A stretch of DNA of 64,000 nt, taken from the NCBI GenBank assembly GCA_018814305.1, contig JAHJAA010000045.1:74346-138345 (forward strand). Direction: 5' to 3'. The notes under the pieces are model-generated. The model did not search any database. It had not been told where the DNA came from and saw nothing but the letters and a program-made list of their open reading frames with translations. The DNA comes from Pseudomonadota bacterium (GTDB taxonomy: Bacteria; Desulfobacterota; Desulfobulbia; Desulfobulbales; JAGXFP01). The position numbers and the translations under genes are program-made. Positions 1 through 7,242 of the stretch are shown piece after piece; within the stretch, counting starts at the first letter, position 1, and the number at the start of each line of letters is the position of its first letter.

Positions 1-179
1 CCTCCTCCAGAGTAATTCATGTCTGTTTCATAACTATTACGGTCGTCAACTTCGGCTGTTTCAGTGCCACTGCCGCTTTCTAAATTAAGGTACCCACCGA
101 ACCCTGTAGCGCTTGCCGTAGAGGCCAACGCCATCAGAGAAAGGAACAGCCCAATTGATGTGTAAGAGATTTTTCGCAT
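1..179 (-). CDS. secreted protein, N-terminal fragment (gene runs off the window start)
   Basis: ATG at 179 on the minus strand. Translation MRKISYTSIGLFLSLMALASTASA|TGFGGYLNLESGSG shows a Sec signal peptide with an A-S-A cleavage site. The frame stays open to position 1. Absent from the ORF track because it is truncated. Confidence 0.5.
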   Translation of the reverse strand, partial: MRKISYTSIGLFLSLMALASTASATGFGGYLNLESGSGTETAEVDDRNSYETDMNYSGG

Positions 180-380
180 CTTGCTCTCCTGATTTTTTGT
201 GAAGTACCCTGTGTTAATGAAGGAGGAGGAGGAGGGCAGAGTCAAAGAGCAATTCTTTGATGGGGGCCCATCCTCCTGCTCGGACTGAGGCCCTTGCATC
301 TTCGATCTCCTCAGTGGTTCGCTCGGTCAGTTCTTGAAGGGTTTTCATGGGGTTATATCAAACACCCTATTCTTAATCAA

Positions 381-413
381 TAGGTCCCGGGTTCAATTCC
401 CATCGCCGCTCCA
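381..413 (+). other. tRNA 3'-half-like fragment (T-arm, acceptor 3' strand, CCA) lacking a 5' half
   Basis: GGTCCCGGGTTCAATTCCCATCGCCGCTCCA contains the GGTTCAATTCC T-loop consensus and ends in CCA. The T-stem is mispaired or one nt short. No complementary acceptor 5' strand, D-arm or anticodon arm lies in the preceding ~100 nt. Confidence 0.35.
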
Positions 414-418
414 GAGAG

Positions 419-456
419 CAAAAGGTCCTGCCCCACCCGGGTCAGGACCTTTTTTC
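419..456 (+). terminator. rho-independent terminator
   Basis: AGGTCCTG (423-430) pairs with CAGGACCT (443-450) and is followed by TTTTT. An A-run on the 5' side means it could act in both directions. Confidence 0.7.
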
Positions 457-541
457 TTGCTGAAAGTCAATTCACGACCTATCTTACCCCAATAATGGCA
501 TAGAAAAACAACCTTGAACCCGGATTGCCATAAGGAGAACT

Positions 542-1249
542 ATGCGAATGGCCACAAAGACTTCACTGATTGTATTCTGCTTAATTACCTTGTTTCCTCT
601 TACCGGTTGTGGAGGAGGAGGAGGGGATACTCTCGCTAATACCTCAACAACAATATCGCAGACTTCAACGACCATTGCCCTCACAACCACAACCCAGGTT
701 CCAGCAACAACCACCACAGCCTCACCAACCACCACCACAATCCTCAACTCATCTCAGGGTATATTGCTGGTAGACTCTGGTCAGACCGGAGATTACACCA
801 CTGTTTTCGGTGAAGACTCCGATTATACGATTCGCCCACCTTCGTACACTATCACAGGTGATGGAACCGTAATCGACAACCAGACCGGCCGAATCTGGCA
901 ACAAAGTGATAATGGCTCTTACAACTGGTACCAGGCTTCCGGCACGGAAAATTCACTCTATAATTTCGGCGGTGCAACCAATATCTGCGGAAATTTGACC
1001 CTCGGGGGACGCTCCGATTGGCATCTTCCCGCGCCCAAGGAGTTAATGAGTATTGTCAACTTCGGAACCCTTTCTCCAGCCATTGATACGACCATTTTCC
1101 CGGGAACATCTGACACCCCATACTGGACAGAAACTCAGAGTGATATGAACCCGGCCAATGTCTGGTATGTCAATTTTACTGATGGCACCGTTGACACCCA
1201 AGGAAAAGCCAACGCCGCGAAAGTTCGTTGCGTCAGTGATGGCAACTGA
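542..1249 (+). CDS. DUF1566 (Lcl C-terminal domain) lipoprotein with Thr-rich linker
   Basis: Signal peptide with lipobox LTGC, then a GGGGG and poly-Thr/Ser linker. The C-terminal domain has DUF1566 hallmarks: W-Q-Q, SDWHLPAPKEL, PYWTET, WYVNFTDG, VRCV. Confidence 0.8.
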   Translation: MRMATKTSLIVFCLITLFPLTGCGGGGGDTLANTSTTISQTSTTIALTTTTQVPATTTTASPTTTTILNSSQGILLVDSGQTGDYTTVFGEDSDYTIRPPSYTITGDGTVIDNQTGRIWQQSDNGSYNWYQASGTENSLYNFGGATNICGNLTLGGRSDWHLPAPKELMSIVNFGTLSPAIDTTIFPGTSDTPYWTETQSDMNPANVWYVNFTDGTVDTQGKANAAKVRCVSDGN

Positions 1250-1274
1250 AACAGTTCAGATTTTTACGAAGGAT

Positions 1275-1733
1275 ATGATTATGAAATCCAGCCTGACTTT
1301 TTGCTCAATATTCCTCCTCAGCCTCCAGTCCCTTGCAATGGCATTTACCGTCAACACAGATGGAACCGTGACGGATCCCACCACCGGACTTGTCTGGCAA
1401 CAAATAGTTGATACGACTCCAAGAACCTGGGAAACCGCTCTCATCTACTGTGAAGACCTGTCTCTCGCCGGGAATAACGATTGGCGCCTTCCTAATATCA
1501 AAGAGTTGAAATCAATTACCGATGACTCAGCGCATTTCCCGGCAATTGACACCACAATCTTTCCAGGTACCTTGAATACATTTTACTGGTCATCGACTTC
1601 CATTGTTGGAACCCCTGACTCTGCTTGGCAAGTAGACTTTAATGATGGACGGGTAACCTCCAGTGGCGGGGTAGTTCACGACACCGGCAAGGCCAGCAGT
1701 TTCTATACTCGCTGTGTTCGGGGTGGACAATAA
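1275..1733 (+). CDS. DUF1566 domain secreted protein (paralog of the upstream gene)
   Basis: Start moved to the ATG at 1275 (AAGGA RBS upstream; MIMKSSLTFCSIFLLSLQSLAMA signal peptide). Motifs: LVWQQ, NDWRLPNIKEL, FYWSST, WQVDFNDG, TRCV. Confidence 0.8.
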   Translation: MIMKSSLTFCSIFLLSLQSLAMAFTVNTDGTVTDPTTGLVWQQIVDTTPRTWETALIYCEDLSLAGNNDWRLPNIKELKSITDDSAHFPAIDTTIFPGTLNTFYWSSTSIVGTPDSAWQVDFNDGRVTSSGGVVHDTGKASSFYTRCVRGGQ

Positions 1734-1933
1734 TCAGTTTTTCCCAGAGAACTTGATCCTTGTCATCCATGAATTGATTTAAGACCCGCACCTGATGGAT
1801 TTAATATTTAACGAAGAGTATGGAGCCGACCTGAGAGGCTTTTGTTCGATTTTAATCAGGAAAACATCCGTAGTTTTCCTATCGCAACATAAAAGGCCGA
1901 GGTATCCTCTGATGCCTTTAGGAATCGGATCAC

Positions 1934-2371
1934 ATGAACATTAAACAGATAGTTGTTACGATTGAAGGAGATGCCGATCAGGTCTCTGAGGTTGCGGAAC
2001 TTCTCGCTGAAAACGGCATAAATATCATTTTCATTTCATTACCCGACCACTGTCCGTCCCAACCAAAGTTGTTACGGTTGATTGTCAATGATGTCGAGAA
2101 GGGAAATAAAATTCTTATGCAAAGAGGCATTAAAGCGGATTTAACTGATGTGGTCGTTGCCGAAATCCCTGACAAGCCCGGTGGAATGGCCAGAATCCTC
2201 ACTATTATCAAAAAAAGCGGGTTGATTAACCATGCCCTGCAGGCATATTCCCAACGCAGTGGTGAATGTGGGCTGGTGGTGATCAACTTCCCCTCAATAG
2301 ACTATGCCATCACTCAACTCAGCCAGGCCGGAGTGAGAATACTGTCAATTGAAGAGTTATTGGCTCGTTGA
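1934..2371 (+). CDS. ACT domain (amino-acid-binding) protein, two ACT-like halves
   Basis: MNIKQIVVTIEG...AELLAENGINII...LLRLIVND in the first half and AEIPDKPGGMARILTIIKKSGL in the second match the tandem-ACT small protein family. Confidence 0.65.
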   Translation: MNIKQIVVTIEGDADQVSEVAELLAENGINIIFISLPDHCPSQPKLLRLIVNDVEKGNKILMQRGIKADLTDVVVAEIPDKPGGMARILTIIKKSGLINHALQAYSQRSGECGLVVINFPSIDYAITQLSQAGVRILSIEELLAR

Positions 2372-2476
2372 ATTTTAGATATACCAGCAGGGAAGTAGGA
2401 GAAACATCAACAGCGTGATCTTCCAGGATGGGAATCAACTGCTAATGGATAACCCAACAGGCAAGACAGCCTGCCA

Positions 2477-3520
2477 TCAATCATTTAAGGCCAGAAAACA
2501 GACCAAACCAGTCAAGACAATGGCTGCGGCAATCGCCAACACCAGCCACTTCCCCTTACCATCAAGAATTGATCCCTGACTGATCGCCTTAAGTTGAGCC
2601 GTGTTGTCAAGTTGCAGGGTCACATCAGTGATTATTCTTTCAGGATGCCATGAAATTTCGGCTCCGCCCAAAGTTGAATCGGCGGGACTCCGTCCAGAAG
2701 CCGCCTTGGCCAAAGCTTTCAGAAACTCTGCAGCTGTTTGAAAACGTTCTTCAGGATTCTTGGCCAGAGCCATAAAGATCACCCCGTCCATCAATCGTGG
2801 GGCCTGATAATTCAGGTCGGAGACCTTGATTGGGGCGGTATGTAAGATCCGGTGTTTGATCGTGGTAATGGAGTTTCCCGGGAAAGGCTTTTCCCCTGTC
2901 ATCAGATGATAAAAAATAGCCCCAACAGTAAAAATATCGGTGCGATGATCGACCCCGTTACCATCAAAATGCTCCGGAGCTGAACACCAGGGGGCATCCA
3001 TTGCTTCAGCCTTACCCCCCAATTCGGCTTCAACCTCAGCCAACCCAACCCCGGTTAACATGACTCGACCATTCCCTTGAATCAAAACATTCGTCGGTTT
3101 TATCCCTTGATAGACTACCCCTTCGCCATGGGAAAAGGCGAGGATAGTCAGCAACTGGTTGATGATGTCAATACTCGTTTCGACGGAAAAATGATGGCTT
3201 TGATCGAAGAGGTGCTGCAGGGTCTCGCCTTGGACCTTTTTCATGACAACATAAGGGGTGCCATCCTCAACCTCGATTTCGCAGGCCGAAACAATTTGAG
3301 GATGTTTGAGTAAAGCCGTAGCCTTGAAATTCCGCTGGAGATCTGATAAAAAATTCCCCTCAGTATTTTGGGGAATGAGGTCCTTACGGAAAACCTTTAA
3401 TAATACAGTTTCGGTGGAATCCGGGCCAATTCCTTCATAGAGAGCCCAAACTGCTCCTTTTCCGAGAAAACTGGTGATACGGTATAATCCGAGGTGATCG
3501 ATTTCGCCCATATGGTGCAA
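2477..3520 (-). CDS. Ser/Thr protein kinase-fold protein, predicted pseudokinase, C-terminal tail anchor
   Basis: Kinase fold: G-loop LGKGAVWALY, VLLKVF lysine, IKPTNVL, SAPE. HRD is replaced by YQG (VVYQGIKPTN) and DFG by TGV (VMLTGVGLA). A single TM helix (WLVLAIAAAIVLTGLVCFLAL) lies two residues from the C-terminus. Confidence 0.75.
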   Translation of the reverse strand: MHHMGEIDHLGLYRITSFLGKGAVWALYEGIGPDSTETVLLKVFRKDLIPQNTEGNFLSDLQRNFKATALLKHPQIVSACEIEVEDGTPYVVMKKVQGETLQHLFDQSHHFSVETSIDIINQLLTILAFSHGEGVVYQGIKPTNVLIQGNGRVMLTGVGLAEVEAELGGKAEAMDAPWCSAPEHFDGNGVDHRTDIFTVGAIFYHLMTGEKPFPGNSITTIKHRILHTAPIKVSDLNYQAPRLMDGVIFMALAKNPEERFQTAAEFLKALAKAASGRSPADSTLGGAEISWHPERIITDVTLQLDNTAQLKAISQGSILDGKGKWLVLAIAAAIVLTGLVCFLALND

Positions 3521-3629
3521 TCCCTGGATAAAAAATGACCGGTTAATGGTGAGGATACAGTCAGGTTCAATTTTACAATTTAGAATATACCAATGGATCG
3601 GGGCTCTAAAGCGATACTTAAGTTTTTAT

Positions 3630-3857
3630 GTAACTATCCAGCTTCCTAACCGGGCGGGCCCGGCCTCTATTTTAAAATCAACAAAATCAACATGTTGCAT
3701 ATTTATTACTTAGAAGCTTAATGCTGAAAATGATCAAAAACCACCAGAATGTAACTGTTCAGATGTGCTTCAGGTGTGCTCAATGAGGACTTTCAGCTAT
3801 ACATCGGTATGCTGGAAGGCCGAATCGAGCGCAGATGGAGTGCAGCTGGATAGTTAC
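3630..3857. mobile_element. MITE-like non-autonomous element, copy A (228 bp)
   Basis: Perfect 14-bp terminal inverted repeats: GTAACTATCCAGCT at 3630-3643 and AGCTGGATAGTTAC at 3844-3857. Flanked by the 8-bp direct repeat GTTTTTAT (3622-3629 and 3858-3865). The first 95 nt are 89/95 identical to 60666-60760. No ORF of credible size inside. Confidence 0.75.
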
Positions 3858-3861
3858 GTTT

Positions 3862-4518
3862 TTATTCACCAATATAATTACCATCACGGAAGAATCCTTT
3901 AATCCTCTTACCATCGGGATAGGTGTACATACCTTGACCGGTTGGGACATTATCCTTCCATTCTCCATCGAAGCTACTGCCATCGGCATACTTCATAATA
4001 CCATGACCATTTGGTAAACCATTAACAAAATCCCCAACATACTTCTCTCCTTTAGGGGAAGTCAGAGTACCCTCTCCTTGGGCGGCCCCTGCCACAAATT
4101 CTCCCTCGTAAACAGTACCATCGGGAAACGAAAGTATGCCAAGACCATGTTTTTGATCATTTTCAAACATGCCGACATATTTTTTCCCGTCAGGATAGGT
4201 CAAAATCCCCTGGCCGCTCCGTTTATTTTTGAGAAATTGCCCCTCATACCTTTCTCCGTTTGGAAAATCATAGATTCCCTGCCCACTGAATTCATCCATA
4301 ACAAATTCACCGGTATACCGAGCGCCATCCGGGAAAGTGAGGGTACCCTGACCATGGGGCATATGCTCTTTAAACTCTCCTTCATACCGTTCTCCGCCTT
4401 CAAATTCTAAAAGGCCTTTGCCATTCCGACAATCACCCTCAAGGCATTTACTATGCGCAAATCCAACGGAGAGAAGAGAGGTTATAATGACAGTCATAAT
4501 AATCAGTGACGATTTCAT
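3862..4518 (-). CDS. MORN-repeat protein with signal peptide
   Basis: Signal peptide MKSSLIIMTVIITSLLSVGFAHS, followed by about 8 tandem MORN units (Y-x-G-E/D-F/W-x-x-x-x-x-x-G-x-G). Confidence 0.85.
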   Translation of the reverse strand: MKSSLIIMTVIITSLLSVGFAHSKCLEGDCRNGKGLLEFEGGERYEGEFKEHMPHGQGTLTFPDGARYTGEFVMDEFSGQGIYDFPNGERYEGQFLKNKRSGQGILTYPDGKKYVGMFENDQKHGLGILSFPDGTVYEGEFVAGAAQGEGTLTSPKGEKYVGDFVNGLPNGHGIMKYADGSSFDGEWKDNVPTGQGMYTYPDGKRIKGFFRDGNYIGE

Positions 4519-4604
4519 TGAACGATCCTTAAGCTGAAAGGGGGTACGAAAAGAGGAAAAACAGCACGAATAAGTGTTGCATTTGAGTTATCCTTAAATT
4601 TAAT

Positions 4605-5321
4605 ATGTTTTTTCGTCAAGTAAAAATCTGTCGCCAGGATGGTGACAAATATCTTGAAAACATTGCATTTGTAATGACTTTCTCACCTGACTTCTTCCAT
4701 GGATTTTTCTCCAGAATATCATTCGTGACAACAACAGCGTCCATACCAGGAATCATCAAGCAGCATTTTTGCTCTTTTTGCGGATTTTATTTCCCCGGGA
4801 TTCATATTTGTTTCGTTATTCTTCTCTTCTGTTGTTCGGGTTGTGCGGCAAGGCCCGTTGCCAAAGTAATGGAAACAACCGCTTATTGCGGGTGCGGCCA
4901 ATGCTGCAGTTGGGAACGTGGGAGTTGGTATTTTTTAAAACTTGATCTCTGGAACCGATATATCAGCTCAGGCCCCAGCAGGGGACTGGAATATTCTGGA
5001 AAAACGGCGCGTGGCACTGAGCCAAGGGAACCGTATCCCGGACTTTTTTCCTGGGACAGTCTCTTTCGGCCATGGGTTATCCCGGTCCGGCTCGTTTTTT
5101 TTCCATGGCTTTTACTGCCCCACGATGGAACCATCGCCGCAGACACGCATTATTACGGGTTTGGCACTAGAATGTATGTCCCCGGATACGGCTGGGGAGT
5201 CGTGGAAGACCGCGGCGGCGCAATCAAGGGACCAAATCGAATCGACCTGTTCATGGCCTCCCACGAACACGGTCTACGTTGGGGAAGAAAAAAGTTACCC
5301 ATCAAGATCTACAAAAAATAA
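4605..5321 (+). CDS. 3D-domain (MltA/YuiC-like) lipoprotein; start codon uncertain
   Basis: Lipobox-like LLFCCSGC, then TAYCGCGQCCSW and the C-terminal 3D domain block GTIAADTHYYGFGTRMYVPGYGWGVVEDRGGAIKGPNRIDLF. The N-terminal ~55 aa of the tracked ORF look non-native, so the true start may be internal or non-ATG. Confidence 0.6.
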   Translation: MFFRQVKICRQDGDKYLENIAFVMTFSPDFFHGFFSRISFVTTTASIPGIIKQHFCSFCGFYFPGIHICFVILLFCCSGCAARPVAKVMETTAYCGCGQCCSWERGSWYFLKLDLWNRYISSGPSRGLEYSGKTARGTEPREPYPGLFSWDSLFRPWVIPVRLVFFPWLLLPHDGTIAADTHYYGFGTRMYVPGYGWGVVEDRGGAIKGPNRIDLFMASHEHGLRWGRKKLPIKIYKK

Positions 5322-5366
5322 AATTTTCCAGAATGAGTCAAACCTCAAAAACATAAGGATACGGCG

Positions 5367-5627
5367 ATGCCCAGTTGTCAATCAGGCCCTGAGATAGAGT
5401 ACCCCTGCAGATGGCAATATACAATTATCGGCACTCACCGCGAACAGCTACGAGATCTCATTGAAGAGATTGCCGATTCACGACAATACACCCTCTGTTT
5501 TTCAAAAGTCAGCAGTTCTGGAAAATATCATAGTTTCGACCTGGATATTGAAGTTAGGTGCCAAGAGGAACGCGATGCCCTTTACCAACAGTTAATCTGT
5601 CACAACTTGGTCAAGGTCATCTTATAG
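5367..5627 (+). CDS. DUF493 / YbeD-family small protein
   Basis: 86 aa. [26 protein letters not shown] and the VKVIL C-terminus parallel E. coli YbeD (FPTPFTYKVMG, SSKGNYHSVSITI, VRMVL). Confidence 0.7.
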   Translation: MPSCQSGPEIEYPCRWQYTIIGTHREQLRDLIEEIADSRQYTLCFSKVSSSGKYHSFDLDIEVRCQEERDALYQQLICHNLVKVIL

Positions 5628-5653
5628 ATCATCACCCCAGAAGGAATGAATAC

Positions 5654-6676
5654 ATGGCAAATTGGTTTGCAGCGTCAAATGGAAAATCCCTCGGCCCCTA
5701 TACAACCCAGGAAATGATCAATGCCCTCCAGTCAGGACGTTTCACCCGTGAAATGTTGGTCTGGCGTGAAGGATTCTCGAGTTGGCTGGCCATTGAACAG
5801 GTTGATGAACTCTCCGGCCAGGTAAGCTCAACCGAAATCCACCAACCTCCCACGCCACCTCCTACCGAGGGCAAAAAAGCCCATGAAATTGATTTTGAGA
5901 TCATCGGCAATGAAATGCAATTTGTTGAAATTGAACTTGATCCGGGGGAGAGTGCAGTGGCCGAAGCCGGAGCCATGGTTTACATGACCGATGGAGTCGA
6001 AATGAAAACCGTCTTCGGTGATGGCAGTGCAGCATCCCAATCCGGTGGCATTTTCAATAAACTCCTGGGAGCAGGCCAACGGTTGATAACCGGGGAGAGT
6101 CTTTTCTGCACGATCTTCACCTATAAGGGCTCATCCGGCAAAGGAAAAATCGCCTTTGGGTCTCCGTATCCCGGCAAGATTATCCCTCTGGATTTAACGA
6201 ATTTTCATGGCCGGTTAATTTGCCAAAAAGATGCCTTTCTCTGCGCAGCGAAGGGGGTTTCAATTGGAATCGCCTTCCAGAAACGGATAGGTGCGGCTCT
6301 TTTTGGTGGAGAGGGCTTCATCATGCAGAAATTGGAAGGAGATGGACTGGTTTTTATTCACGCCGGGGGAACCATCGTGGAAAAACAATTGGCACGAGGA
6401 GAAACACTAAGGGTTGATACAGGATGCCTAGCCGCTTTGACCGACACAATACGATACGACATTGAATACGTCGGCAATGTCACCTCTGGGCTCTTCGGTG
6501 GAGAAGGTTTTTTCTATGCATCCCTGACCGGCCCAGGCCATGTCTGGCTCCAGTCATTACCATTTTCCAGACTGGCCGGGCGTATTCATCGGGCGGCCCC
6601 CCAAAACAGGGGCGGAGCAAGCACGGTGGGGGAGGGCTCAGTACTGGGGGGATTGGGCAAACTTTTTCAAGAGTAG
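5654..6676 (+). CDS. GYF_2 (DUF4339) domain fused to an AIM24/TIGR00266 (DUF124) domain
   Basis: Start moved to the in-frame ATG at 5654. N-terminus: [27 protein letters not shown]...[18 protein letters not shown] (GYF_2). A Pro-rich linker follows. Then [38 protein letters not shown] and [24 protein letters not shown] (AIM24). Confidence 0.75.
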   Translation: MANWFAASNGKSLGPYTTQEMINALQSGRFTREMLVWREGFSSWLAIEQVDELSGQVSSTEIHQPPTPPPTEGKKAHEIDFEIIGNEMQFVEIELDPGESAVAEAGAMVYMTDGVEMKTVFGDGSAASQSGGIFNKLLGAGQRLITGESLFCTIFTYKGSSGKGKIAFGSPYPGKIIPLDLTNFHGRLICQKDAFLCAAKGVSIGIAFQKRIGAALFGGEGFIMQKLEGDGLVFIHAGGTIVEKQLARGETLRVDTGCLAALTDTIRYDIEYVGNVTSGLFGGEGFFYASLTGPGHVWLQSLPFSRLAGRIHRAAPQNRGGASTVGEGSVLGGLGKLFQE

Positions 6677-6836
6677 AAGCCGGTTGCCAAAAAAAAAATT
6701 TCTGAAACCTCAACTCTTAATGGCATATTTTTCTCAGCCATTCCGGGACATCATAAACCTACTCAACAAGCATAACCCATCCCTACAACCCTTTAACTGC
6801 AATTTAAAACTCGGGGTCCTTGGTCCACCAGGAATA

Positions 6837-7034
6837 TCATTCTGCCTCAAATCCTATATCAGCAATAGCCTTCTTGATAACTTCTTTGGAAACCGTTTGT
6901 TTTTCGTCGTAGGTGGCCTGTCCCTTGTCAAGATCGACCTGAACATTACTGACACCCTCAATTTCACTGAGTGCCTTGCTTACCGACCCAACACAATGAC
7001 CGCATCTCATCCCGCTTATCTTAACAGTTGCCAT
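6837..7034 (-). CDS. copZ: heavy-metal-associated copper chaperone
   Basis: 65 aa, with GMRCGHCVGSVSKAL (GMxCxxC HMA motif). Divergent from copA. Confidence 0.85.
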   Translation of the reverse strand: MATVKISGMRCGHCVGSVSKALSEIEGVSNVQVDLDKGQATYDEKQTVSKEVIKKAIADIGFEAE

Positions 7035-7242
7035 GGCTAAAACCTCCTCATCTAAATTATCGTGCGTGTGGACAAGAGGGGAGAAACAGACCGACTCTGT
7101 TCATCCTATTATGGAACGTAAAAGCCCACGAACACTTCGTTTTTGCTTGTATACTATGACAAAAATCTTATATGTATCAATAGCTTTTTAAGCTTTTAGT
7201 TAATTTTTTTAATACGCCAAACCTGACCACCAGGAGACGGGA

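Noticed and set aside
214-348. 44-aa minus-strand ORF (MKTLQELTERTTEEIEDARASVRAGGW...LLLLLH) that faintly resembles an antitoxin C-terminal segment
   Set aside because: It is too short and ends in a poly-Leu read from a (GGA)n tract. It has no partner toxin gene and no RBS. At most it is a truncated remnant.
318-413. Possibility that the tRNA-like 3' end belongs to a tRNA-Sec or a tmRNA; GGTCCCGGG recalls the selC variable arm and GCTCCA recalls a tmRNA end
   Set aside because: No GGAGCGG or GGGGC acceptor 5' strand, no UCA anticodon loop and no tag-peptide region lie upstream. The upstream space is occupied by other sequence, including a minus-strand signal-peptide gene.
484-747. 87-aa minus-strand ORF rich in Val (MRIVVVVGEAVVVVAG...)
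   Set aside because: It is the antisense reading of the ACC/ACA-rich poly-Thr linker of the DUF1566 lipoprotein gene. The low-complexity translation is an artefact.
3835-4017. 60-aa plus-strand ORF starting ATGGAGTGCAGCTGGATA
   Set aside because: Its start codon is supplied by the right end of the MITE, and it runs antisense through the 3' end of the MORN gene. The same artefact extends the PilZ-2 ORF to 60800.
4942-5397. 151-aa alternative-frame ORF overlapping the 3D-domain gene
   Set aside because: The frame carrying the recognisable 3D-domain motifs is 4605-5321. This ORF has no motif and an Arg/Ser/Pro-rich composition typical of off-frame reading.
7035-7242. Possible metal-responsive operator in the copZ/copA divergent promoter region (TTGTATAC ... 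GTATCAA partial dyad)
   Set aside because: The dyad is weak. It matches neither CsoR- nor CueR/MerR-type operators that I know, and no regulator gene is adjacent.
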